From Amphiscolops sp. MND2022 (Eukaryota), in assembly GCA_964187785.1 (NCBI GenBank), contig CAXLNC010001180.1, positions 1 to 64,000 on the forward strand: a DNA stretch of 64,000 nt, written 5' to 3'. Position numbers and translations under genes: made by a program. The number at the start of each line of letters is the position of its first letter. Within the stretch, counting starts at the first letter, position 1. This document shows, one piece after another, positions 1 to 11,296 of the stretch. The notes beneath the pieces are model-generated. The model had not been told where the DNA came from, ran no database searches, and saw nothing but the letters and a program-made list of their open reading frames with translations.

Positions 1-638
1 TTCAAAAGTGCCACTTGCGATTCGGAGTCCAGACAACATAGCTTAAAAAGACTATCACAGTCCGACATTCTCCCCAGATTGCTTATGTTCCTGGAGGACT
101 CCGGTTGCAACATCTATCCAGAGCTACCAAACACGACTCCCAAGAAAGTTGTCAGAAACTCAAATTGAAAGATCTTGTCGGGCGGTAAGGGTATGATCTC
201 AGTTTCAAACTACTTCAACTCAGTCAGAAGTCATTGCATAGCATACGATATTTCGAGACAATTCTTATTGGGTCTTGTGATGTAACGCTTTACATAACAG
301 AAACACTTTTGAAGCAATTGCATCTGTGAGTATTTTGTAGTGCTTTGTGCTGCTTGTCACAGTGTGACTGGCCATTGTGTAACCATACTTTCTCGGGAGT
401 TGATGTTTAGTTTTGTAAAGTCATAGACCTTCACAAACACCATTGACTTAGCAGGGAGCATCCATCAGGTGATGCGATCTTTCTCAACCAGAGAACGCCT
501 TGAACAAAAGCAGAACATGTCTGAAATTATTGCATCACTTCATGTTTAGCCTCTTACACGATCACTTCAGACATCACGTGATGCGGTGCTGGGGGACTTC
601 CAAATCTTCAGTGTGAAGCTAGGGCTTTCTTTCATCAG

Positions 639-740
639 GTGATGGACGCCGGGTGCTCATGTTGTATTCAAACAATGACTTCTTCAACAATTGTCATGAT
701 TTCAGTTGTGTGTTTGACGGTGGGCTTGGCGCGTATCAGG
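639..740 (+). CDS. Exon of adenylation-domain (AMP-binding) gene, A7 region leading into A8; gene starts upstream of the window
   Basis: Acceptor ttcatcag|gt. Phase-1 frame (G)DGRRVLMLYSNNDFFNNCHDFSCVFDGGLGAYQ(G) joins exon 1421 to give AYQGRADD. Donor is GA at 741; an alternative GT donor at 747 would add two codons. Confidence 0.7.
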
Positions 741-906
741 GAATGGGTTGGTTGGAAAGGGGGTGAGGGTTGCCACGATAAGTCCCATCACTGCTATTGC
801 ATGCATAGAAGCTGTGCGTTGTCTGCGGTGTGTTGTCTGCCGTGTGTTGTCTGCTTGTCTGTCTGTAGTGTCTGTCGTTTGTATCCACTTCTCTGTCTTT
901 GTCTTT

Positions 907-944
907 GTCTCTCTCTCTCTCTCTCTCTCTCCCTCTCTCTCTCT
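907..944. repeat. (TC)n microsatellite
   Basis: Directly visible. Similar tracts at ~3225-3260 and 19853-19910. Confidence 0.95.
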
Positions 945-1420
945 ATGTCTTTCTCCCTCTGGCTGAGGGTCTTTCCATATGCCAAGTTTATCCATCTTTC
1001 TTGCAGTGTGTGTTGTTTCTCTGCGCCTAAGACTTAATTCTGTAGTTAATATGTGTCTTGTGTGTTTCATGCGTTCGGTCAGTACAGCCAACGGCTTGTC
1101 TCATGCTGGCAGCTTGCGGTTGTTTTGGTCCCACTTCCCTGGGAGTGGGTCACAGAGGATCATATTGCAATTCCTTTGGAAGTATCCAAACGGGATGCCC
1201 ACACAGGGGATAGGGAAAAACTGACTGAAAGTCAAGAAAAACGGGTAAATTCAGGATGATTTCGAGGTGTTTTCAGGGTGTTTTTGGAGTGTTTTCAGGT
1301 GTTTTCAGGGTGTTTTTGGGAGTGTTCTCAGGGGTTTTCGGGGTGTCTTCCCTGTCCCCTTTGTGGGTCTCCCGTTAGAATCATATGGCAATTCTTGGAT
1401 GCCACTTGTTCATTGTGCAG

Positions 1421-1512
1421 GCCGTGCCGATGACTTGGTCAAGGTTGGCGGTGTCTGGGTTGACGTAGGCGACATTCAGCGCCAACTACAAGCAGTTGGT
1501 GGTGTGCGGGAG
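1421..1512 (+). CDS. Exon encoding the A8 motif of an ANL-superfamily adenylation domain
   Basis: Acceptor ttgtgcag|gc, donor gag|gt. (G)RADDLVKVGGVWVDVGDIQRQLQAVGGVRE matches the GRxDDxVKxGG hinge of acyl-CoA synthetase/NRPS A domains. Confidence 0.9.
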
Positions 1513-3265
1513 GTTGTCGTGGGGCTCTTCATCTAGTACTGTCAGCCAGTTGCATCCTTGGCTGCGTGCCATCCAAGTCAGACTAGGTACAGTCAGCTCC
1601 GGCAGTAGATCATACAGTCAGCTCTGGCAGTTTTAGTTTTTGGACAAAGTGTTGCGAGTTGTTCCCCTTACAGAGCCCAGGAAGCCTTACCCCCCGACCA
1701 CAACTTGACAACCGTCAGCTCCAGCAGAGTTACCTAAGTAGATTTTCTCAGGCCAAAGTCGGTAAAGAATTTCCTACACAATTGCCAGAACCACTTTTTT
1801 CGGTCGTGGTAAATTGGACGTAGGTAAAATTGCATTCGTAAACACTGGAAACACTCTGCATGCCAGAAATTACCTATAATATTTCAGGAGGGTCTTAATC
1901 AGGTAATTTAATATCTGATTGCTTGCTGAAATAATAGAAGTCCGGTCGGTAATTTTGGTGGTGCGGACTAGATACTCACACGAGAAACGCAGGCCGGACA
2001 GAAAAAGTTACCTACCGATCTCTTATCTTCGGGCCGAAACTTTGTGGTTTGCACATTGCGATCTGAAAACGCAGCGGTTTTTACGATTGCGATTCTTGGG
2101 ACTCGATCCATAACATTAACTGCAACAGCCAACTTTCGCCAGCGTCTCCTTTGGCATCGAACACCACATCACGTGACATGCGACGTCAGGGCTTGCATGC
2201 AAATGTGGCTCAATTGTGTATGATGGGTTTTTTCATTTTCCCAAAAGGTTCCAATACCGATACCAATCCAAAACTATTTTTAATTAGATTAGGTTACCAT
2301 TACCTATACCTACCCCCTTTCCCCTCCCCTTGACTGAGAGCTCCAGATCTAGAAAGTTACTGATGCATAAAATTTCAGAATACATTTTGGGGAAGTTACC
2401 AATACCGTTACCGATCTGATATTATTTGGAATTAATCTGGTAACTGTTTCCGAGCCCCAGGTGCTTTGGGGAATGGTGTTGTCCAGAGAATACTCATACA
2501 CTCCTACACGCGGTGCTCTCCTGAGAATTCCTTTATTGATAAATACACATATCTCTGAAATTAATTCCGTTGTTCTTTGTCTGCGTCCCCCGCTAGGCCT
2601 TGTCTGCATGTGCTCATTACAGTCGTCCTAGCCTGCAGCGTACCTGGGTACATTTTTAATCCTGAGGGTGCACTGGTTGGTGGCCACCTAAGACCATATC
2701 CCTTCTGCTATGACGCATCTGTCTCACAAAGTTCCCCAACACAACCATGGCTACCATTGTCCACACAAACATTACCGACCGAAAAAAAAAAATCTGGGGG
2801 AGTTAATTTCGGTAAAGATTACAGCATGATTACCAACTAAAATGTATCCAGAATTATGTTTGCCAAGATTACCGAAATCATTGGCTTGTAAGTCTGTAAA
2901 GCTTATCTCCCAGTCTGTAATCATTACCGAGAAAAATTCTCAGAGAATTAATTCCTGAAATCATTACCGACTCAATACCGACTTAAATGTTCGTGGAATT
3001 AATTAGGTAATATTTGCGTGGACGATGGTACTTGTTCTCTTCAATTTGTCTTGGTCTTCTTGTTCTTGTTCTTCTTGTTCATTGTTTTCAGCTTCGTTCT
3101 TCATCTTCTTCTCATACTACAACTAATGCTACTGTTGGCGTCCTATCATTATTAGTATTATTGTGACGTCTGCTTCTTGCTATTCTTAGTCTTCGTCTAG
3201 TGAGCTCCTCCTGCTCTTCGATTTCTCTCTCTGTCTCTCTCTCTCTCTCTCTCTCCCTCTTTCTC

Positions 3266-3303
3266 TTCTTCTTCTTCTTCTTCTTCTTCTTCTTCTTCTT
3301 CTT
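3266..3303. repeat. (TTC)n microsatellite
   Basis: Directly visible. Confidence 0.95.
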
Positions 3304-3975
3304 GGTCTCTCCTTCTTCTCCTACCTAGTTGCAGCTTAGAGTTTCACAAGGCATGTGTGGAATCCAAGACTCAGGGATATCTGTAGACTATATAGTACTT
3401 TGAGGGTATTGGAGAGCATGCATGGAGTCCGAAAATCAGGGAATTCTTTAGAAAATATTGCATCTTGAGAGTTTTGCATGGAGTCAAAATTCATTGATTA
3501 TTCTGAATGAGATTGGGAATCGCTTCGAAACCAACGGTATTTTGTGGATGCGAGAGTCGAGATGGGGGTCAGTGCTTCACTTGGTGGGGTAGCTAAATTG
3601 GTATGATAAAAGCCATTGGAGCAGGAAATGAGTCTTTGTTAATTTTCATTTTTCATTTGGGTCTTGGGTTACCCTGTCATGCCTTCTTTGGCAGGGGTGG
3701 GTTGCGGGTTTCTAAGTTCCAGCGAGAGACTATGTACCACCCCCCTCCCCTCCCCTTTTTGGTCGTAAGGCATTTTTAGGGGGGGGGGGTGCATATTTTT
3801 GAACCCCCCCCCCCCGCGCCCCCTCTTTGTACACCCTCCACACTAGAAGGGTCTTTTCAGGGGTGGGGGGTGTATAAATTTGGCCCCCCCATCAGTGCAC
3901 GGCTTTTTGTTGAGACTTCTGTGTCGGCACCCATTTCTTTCTTTTTCTGCTGCCTCTGTTGCTTCATTTGACTTC

Positions 3976-4190
3976 AATCAGCGAAATTGAGACGTCCACA
4001 ACATTTCTGTCCACAGAATTTGGGTCGCCAACAGCCACCCCAAGCAGGGATGAAATGTGGGGAAACTGTTGAAATTCTCTAGAAAAATCCTCAAAACTCC
4101 CCCTCCCCCCCCCCGCCCTCCCTGTGGGGGGCTCTAGAAACCCAAATTCTGTGGACAGAAAAGTTGGTGGACGTCTCGATTTCGCCTATT
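3976..4190. mobile_element. MITE-like element, ~50-bp imperfect TIRs
   Basis: aatcagcgaaattgagacgtccac...cagaatttggg is inverted at the right end. An interrupted sister copy lies at ~26700-27290. Confidence 0.75.
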
Positions 4191-5808
4191 CAAGACCCAT
4201 GTCCACCCTCTTGTTAAAAATTAGAGTTGCTTAAGGGGGGGGCAGATTGGTTTAATGTCAGGACAGAGAGAGAATGGCCTGGGACACAGGCCGGGTGGTC
4301 CTGGAACACCTGGAACACTTGGGAGAACAATGAATAATGGATGTTCTCCCGCCGGTGTCTCAGCGATCTCAATGCTTCAGAAGACGCATTTTGACCACTG
4401 ATTGTGATACTTTTGAAAAGTATTGTGGCACACCTTCCATTTCTATCGAAATGCTTTTGCCTCACCCACTGGTATGACAAACACCTCCCATGTGAGTCAT
4501 GATGCTTTTGCAGAAGCATTGGGTCAGGGATCGTTGGAGCACCCATATTCAAAGGGTGCGTACACATCATATGGGGTTTTCTTTTGCGCGTTGTTTACTC
4601 TCTATATGATAAATCACGTTGGCTATAGCGGCTCATTGTTCATGGTCGCATCTTACATGTGTCATCCATCTCCGACTTGAGCCAGATTCTGGCTCTCGTT
4701 TTCCATCCTGTCGTCATTGTTTAAAAGATGGTTGAGTGCGTTTGCATCGCCTTTGCTTAGACCAATTGTTAATCAAGTCTGCTAGCCCTCGTGTCCTCTT
4801 CTCCAAGCAGCACATGGCAGTTTTGTCTGCTCAGAACCCATGTCATGACTTAACATTAAGTCAGTGCACTCACTAAGATGTAGATATCGCTGAGGGAAGG
4901 TTGCGCGTGTGGCTGTGTGTTCCTATTGTGGGATTATGGGGTAAAGGGAGGTGTGGGTGGGGGTTGGGGCGTGCGGAGGAGGAAACAAGCTCAAGGGGAC
5001 GGACCTAAGAAACACAGGCCCAGCCTCAAACCACCGATTTTCACGTAGATTCGCCTCTTTCTCTGGAAATCACAACATCGTGGAAGAGCAACTTCTCGCA
5101 GATAACTGCAGATTTTCTTCAAAAAAGGCAGCTATTCGGAGCTTCTCCGCAAATCAGGCATCTTGAAAGAGCTGATCTCTGCAGAAAGCAACAGATTCTT
5201 GCAGGAAATTGCAGATCATCGCAGCTTGGGGTATGTTCCCTTCTCTTAGGCTTATGGAAAAGTTGCACATCCATTGCAAAGAAAAGCTCTAATCCAAGGG
5301 TATGTATGCTCTGCACATCATGCTGTCTAACAACTAGGGAGGACCTCATTCGGAGGCACAGAGGGGGCAACCATAGTTGAGAAGTTGAAATGGTCTTGAG
5401 GGCATTTAACAAAACAGCCATAAGCCTAAAAATTGCGAATACATGTCTTGCTTTAACGACGAAGCAAGTGTGCCTGCGGCCCAGCGGGCAATGAGCTCAA
5501 TCATGGAAACACCAATTATTCCGAATCTTCGCTTGCTTGCTGCATGCACCTGGAGTCTCACCACAAAGTTCAGTGGAGTTCCTGCAGCCTGTCTCACAAT
5601 ATGTGCATACAGCACCACTTTGAATGACATACACCTCCCACGGGTTGCAAAATCAGCTCTCATTCACAGTCGGACTCACCTTTGTCCATCTATGGGAGGT
5701 CAGGGGTCACTGGAACACTTTTGAAACAAGACTTGAACTCAGACAGATGGGGTAGTAAGGCAGGGTGGCGGGGCGAAGCGAGCATGCAGAAGACCACATA
5801 ATTGTCAG

Positions 5809-5879
5809 GCTTGCATTGTGCAGCGCGAAGCCTTCTGCGCATTGGAGGACTTGCAGCCGACCCTTCTATCTGCCTTGCG
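5809..5879 (+). CDS. Exon of adenylation domain, C-terminal subdomain
   Basis: Acceptor ttgtcag|gc, donor cg|gt. ACIVQREAFCALEDLQPTLLSAL(R) continues VRE in phase 0 and ends in phase 2, matching exon 20022. Confidence 0.75.
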
Positions 5880-7223
5880 GTGCAGCATGCATGCGCTGAG
5901 ATGAAGGAAGGAGAGAGGTGCAGATCTTCTTGAGAAGTGTAAATCTTAACAACAATTTAGCAAGAACACAGAGATTATCTTTCGGAGGAGGAGATGTCCG
6001 CGGGGAGAGGGTCTTCCAGGCAATGGGCGAGGGTCGAACAGTTTCTTTCCTTCTGTAAGCACAGGAAAAACAAACCCTTTCGTCCAGATATCCCCGAAAA
6101 TGGGATTGGGGTTGCTCAACTCAGGAGCGCAAAAGGAGTTTATCATCAAAATCTTTGGATTACATACATGGAAAGCAATTCTCTGAATATAAATATGTAA
6201 ATGTCACCCTGAAATTACATAGAAATATTTTTCTGGGATTTCCCTACGTAAGGGTTACGCAAGGGGTCTCCGGTCTTCCTGCCTGGGGACGTCCCCTTTC
6301 TCATGGCCTGGAATTTGCAGCACTTTGAGGTGCACAGAGCACAAACGTTCTGGAAATTGCAGCACTTTTAGGTGCACAAACACAAAATCTTGGAATTTGC
6401 AGCACTTTTAGGCGCTCGGAGCGCAACAATCGACGGAGCGCCAAAATGCTGGAAATTGCAGCACTTTTATCTTGAAATCTATAGGCTTATTCATGTCACA
6501 AGGGTACATATTCAAAATCCCTGGACAGCACACCCTTACATAAGAAATTTTTCGGGGAATAATAATATGTAGTGGGAGTGTAAAGCATTACATAGGTTAC
6601 GTAGAACTATTTTCAAGGAATTCAATATTAATGTTCAGTCTTTGGCTGCTAACAAGGGGTGCTTCTCACGGATTCCTCAGCTCAAAAAGAGTAATTGAAG
6701 AAATGCGCTTTTTGAAAAGCGAGGCTTCCTCTTGGTGGAGTTCACCTGAACTTCCATCTTGCAGAGTGTGCCCTGATCACAAGAATCATGACCGATGAGT
6801 CCAAATATCTTGCTCACGTATCATGCAGGCCCCCCTACGTGCTAGTGGATCTATGTTTCTGTTTGTCCAGATGTCACGGAGAAAGACATGCAGATTGGTG
6901 TTCTGCTAGCTGGCGATAGGCCCTCCCTTCGCAGGCTTTCCAGCCCAAGGTTGATGCCTCAGAAGTTGAATTGCTGAGTTGTTTAGAAATGTCTTTGCAG
7001 AGTTGCGCCATCAAAAGGGTGAGGCATTCATCAGTTACTCCAGTCCCTTGGCCACCAGAAAGCACAAGGCACAGCCTCCTTTGTGGAAGGTTGCCTGCAG
7101 CCAAGGAGGATTGCGCTGCGGTGCTCAAGGGGTCTGTCAGTATGCGTCCTCTGAAATTGTTGCTCCCCTTGTCATTCCTGGTTGTCCAGATGAGAGCTTG
7201 AAGCAGGCAAGCAGGGAGAGGCA

Positions 7224-7532
7224 NNNNNNNNNNNNNNNNNNNNNNNNNNNNNNNNNNNNNNNNNNNNNNNNNNNNNNNNNNNNNNNNNNNNNNNNNNNNN
7301 NNNNNNNNNNNNNNNNNNNNNNNNNNNNNNNNNNNNNNNNNNNNNNNNNNNNNNNNNNNNNNNNNNNNNNNNNNNNNNNNNNNNNNNNNNNNNNNNNNNN
7401 NNNNNNNNNNNNNNNNNNNNNNNNNNNNNNNNNNNNNNNNNNNNNNNNNNNNNNNNNNNNNNNNNNNNNNNNNNNNNNNNNNNNNNNNNNNNNNNNNNNN
7501 NNNNNNNNNNNNNNNNNNNNNNNNNNNNNNNN
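7224..7532. other. Assembly gap (one of ten)
   Basis: Other N-runs at ~11806-11986, 12029-12194, 13246-13381, 15351-15575, 19510-19717, 22242-22380, 22896-23116, 29165-29364 and 50825-51024. Small exons could be hidden in them. Confidence 1.
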
Positions 7533-7970
7533 AGAGAGTGAGAGGGAGGGAGGGAGGGAGAGAGATAGACACATATATATATATATATTTATATATTTCG
7601 AGACATATATATATATATACTTTTAACTTTTTATATATAAAGATTGATAAAAAGATATTGACGTGGAGAAGAGAGGAGATGAGGAGAGAGCAACAACATG
7701 AAAGAGATTGATTCAAAGGAATAGAGGGAGGGAGGCAGGGAGGCGGAGAAGAGAGATACAGAGATACATATATATATATATATATGTATATTTATACAAA
7801 TCTCGATATGTATTTATATTTACAGAGAGCAAGAAAAGGAGGATAACCATACAGAAAAAGAGGGAGATAGTGAAAACGGGGGGGCACGAGAAAAAGACAG
7901 ACAGAGAGACGGGGGTGGGAAGAGGGAGAGAGAGAGAGAGAGATATATATATATATATATATATGCATAT

Positions 7971-9304
7971 GTTGTGAAGTTACTATCGGGGCCAAGTTAG
8001 TTTGTTTGAGCCCATTTTCATCGTGGTTTCAAGCGGTTTTGACATTCAGCAATCATCTTGTGTCTTTTTAACCCAGTTGTCAGGCAATCTTGTTTTTTTT
8101 CAGAAGTTGTGTCCCAAAATTGTTTTTATTTCGCTGATTTGAGTTTACTTGTGATAAATTGTCTTTTTTGAGCTTTGCTAAAACACTATAAAAATAGGGT
8201 TTAAATGGATTTGTGCTTTTGTTGTTGGGAGAAGAAAAACCAAAAGACCAATGATAACTTGATTTTGGGGTTTGGGGATTTTTGTGTCCAAACATGGCTT
8301 GTTCGTGATCGTCAATTGTTTCAGTCAAATTTGGGGTTTTTAGGTTTACTGAAATCCCCAGTCTTATAGAGTTTTTTTTGGATGTGGGGGTTGCACGTTT
8401 TTGGGCCAAGTTGTCAAAAAGGTTTTCTTGTTGGATAGAAAACCTCAGACAAAAAAAAGTCCCTGAAAATCGAAAGCTCCTCTTTATTTCTTGTTTCTTT
8501 TTTAGAAGAGAAAAAACCTGCTTTCTCCCTAAAAGGACATGTTTGCTCATTGTTCAGTGTCTCCCTTTGTTTCTCTATATCTTTTTCACTCCCCCTTTAA
8601 ACTCTCTGTTCTTCTTTTCCTTCTTTCTTCCTTCCTTGTTATATTTCTTTCTTTGTTTTTCCGTCTTTGTTTAATATTTTTCTTGCCTTGCTTCTTTGCT
8701 TCTCTTTCTTGAAAGAAACAAGCTCAAATCATTACATGGCAAAGGTTTCTTTCATCAATCCTTTCTGTTTTTTGGTATCTTGCCTTGACTTGTCTTTCAA
8801 ATGCCCTTTCATCTTTGTGTTTTTCAAATCTTGAGTTGTGTTTTTGTGCAACAATAAAGCTTTTGTCTTCAGAAAATGCCAACTTAAAAGACACATTGTT
8901 GGTGATATTGGGGGTTGCAACAGAACGTTTTTGTTAATAACGCGTGCTTTGAAAATGTGAAAGATCATCGTTTTTTTGGCCCAATTTCGGGCAAACTTAT
9001 TCTGATGTTCAAAAAGCACTGTAGGACTAGGGTTTTTCAGCACATCTTCAGAAAGAAAAACATCATGAGAGGTTATTATCTGGGCCAAGTAAGGGTTGTT
9101 ATCTGGGCCAAGTTTGTTGCAGCATAGAAATGACCAAGTTGGCCAAGATACTAAGCCTTGCAAGTGCACCTCCTTTTTAATGTGCCGAAATATATATATA
9201 TATATATATTTTATAGCATTTTGATACATCTTTGTAAACACAAACTTGGCCCAGATAATAACCCCTCAACTGGCCAACCTTGGCTCAGATAATAACTCCA
9301 CAGC
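7971..9304. mobile_element. (TA)n-flanked non-coding TIR element 1
   Basis: Left gttgtgaagttactatcggggccaag versus reverse complement of right end gctgtggagttattatctgagccaag. TA runs on both sides. Subterminal ttatctgggccaag repeats. Confidence 0.7.
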
Positions 9305-9320
9305 ATATATATATATATAT

Positions 9321-11291
9321 GCCGTAGAGTTTAAAGCTGGTCCAATGTTTGCCTTTTTATAAGTTAAAACTTGGTCCATGTTTTGCTTTTTTTGCTTTTT
9401 ATTTTTGAAAATCTCATTCTCCCTGCAGAAAGAAGATGATTCTTGAAAAAGTAAACAAGCAAACAAAAACAACAAAAAACACATTTTTATAAGTTAAACA
9501 TCGGTCCAATTATGTTGCGCAACATGCTTGGACCAGTTTTTAACTTATAGAATTTGTTATTTCTTTAGTTTCTTTGTGTTTTTGGCTGAAACCCATATTT
9601 TTATTGTGTTTTCAACAAAAAATGCAAAATATAAAAAAAACACACAAAAAAGAGAGAAACACTATTTGTGAACACAACTGTGCTAACTGCTCTTGTCAAA
9701 ATGTCCGTTTTTTTATTTTTTCGCATTTTTCATTTTTGCTGTTTTTGGAATTTCCATTTTTTCAGAGATGTTTTTGATAGGTTTCCAGAAATCAAAAAAT
9801 AACAAACTACCAAAGCAACAAAAACAAAAAAACAACAACAATAGAAAACAAGATGCAAAGGAAAAACACATGAAATATTTTGATTCAAAACAAAACAAGA
9901 CAACAAGCAGAAAAACATAAACAAAATAACATCTTGAAACAAAAACAAATAAAAGAAAAATAAAAAACAAGAACCAGATACAGAAATGAGAAACAGAAAG
10001 GAAAGAAAAAATAAAAAAAACAAGAGAGAGACAAAGAAAGAGAAAGTGAAAAAGGGGGAGGCCCAAAAAGGCAAAAGAGAAAGAAAGGGAGACACAGACA
10101 AATACACAAAAATGCCCTTTCTGAGGGTAAAAAACAGTCTTTTTCTATTAAAACCAAAAAAGAAAAGCAAAGAATAACAACAAAAACAAAAAACAAAAAG
10201 AAAATAAGGAGGGTTTAGGGCCAAGTGGGGTGACCCTTTGGGCCACCTCACCTGACCCTTAAACCCTCTAAAAAAAACGAAAAACGAAAAACAAAAAACA
10301 AAAACAAAAAAAAAACAAGAACAACACCAACAACAAAACAGAGACAAAACCAAAACAAACAAACAAACAACAAAACCTGAACGAAAGAAAAACCAAACAC
10401 GAGAACCACAAAAATACCTAAATCTTCCAAACCCAAATAAACAAGAATAAGCCACGCCAGAAAAGCCCAAAAAACTGGGAAAACTGGCATTTTTAACACT
10501 TTTGCTGCAACTATGCCAGACACACAAAAAACAAACCACAATAACATTAAAGCCTGAAAAAACAAACCCCCAAAACACCATTTTGCCATGTTCAAAAACA
10601 ACCCACTATTTTTCATAAATTTTCTGTTTTTTTTCAACATACAGTTTTTGTTTTGGAAAAGCTGTGTTTTGCTGGAAACACTATAAAACATGTTTTCAAA
10701 AAACACAGCTTTTCAAAAACACAGTTAGTAAAACCCACTTTTTCAACCATGTCAAAAACACTTTTTTCAAAAAAGGTGTCATTTTCTGTTTTGGGCAATC
10801 TCCGCTGAAACCACTATTTTTATAGTGCTTCCTGGTTTACACTGTTTTGGTGCTAAAAAAATTGGCCAAAACAGATAGTGTGCACGAAAATGCGCGGTTT
10901 TTTCTCCCTTCCTGACACAAATAGTGTCAGCCAATTTTTGCTAAAAATCCATTTTTCGATCTTTCACATTTTTGGATGACGACCTTAAAAAACCCTATTT
11001 TTATAGGGTTGCTTGGCCTTTTTCCATTTTGTTTGTTTTTCTTTTTTCCGTTTCGATTTCTCCAACATAAAGAAGACAAAAACAATACTGCAATTTTCTT
11101 TTCGAAAACCTCATTTTTGACATCCAGACAATTTTGCAGAAACACTATTTTGACACAATGTGACACTATTTGTGCTTCTAAACATGCTCTAAAACACTCA
11201 GTGAAAACTTGGACCAGTTTTTAACATATGGCTTGGAGCAGTTTTTAACTTATAAACGCCCAAATCTTGGACCAGTTTTTAACTCTACAGC
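9321..11291. mobile_element. (TA)n-flanked non-coding TIR element 2
   Basis: gccgtagagtttaaagctggtccaa...ttggaccagtttttaactctacagc, ~50-bp imperfect TIR. Repeated ggaccagtttttaact. A-rich interior. Confidence 0.8.
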
Positions 11292-11296
11292 ATATA

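Noticed and set aside
4522-5718. GQGSLEH encoded twice (~4522 and ~5698) with only synonymous differences
   Set aside because: Similarity does not extend beyond 7 codons, the second copy hits a stop two codons later, and neither fits the exon chain.
6935-7206. Possible + strand exons (e.g. ...VAPLVIPGCPDESLKQ|gcaagc)
   Set aside because: No frame fits the A-domain sequence between exons 5809 and 20022, which already join cleanly.
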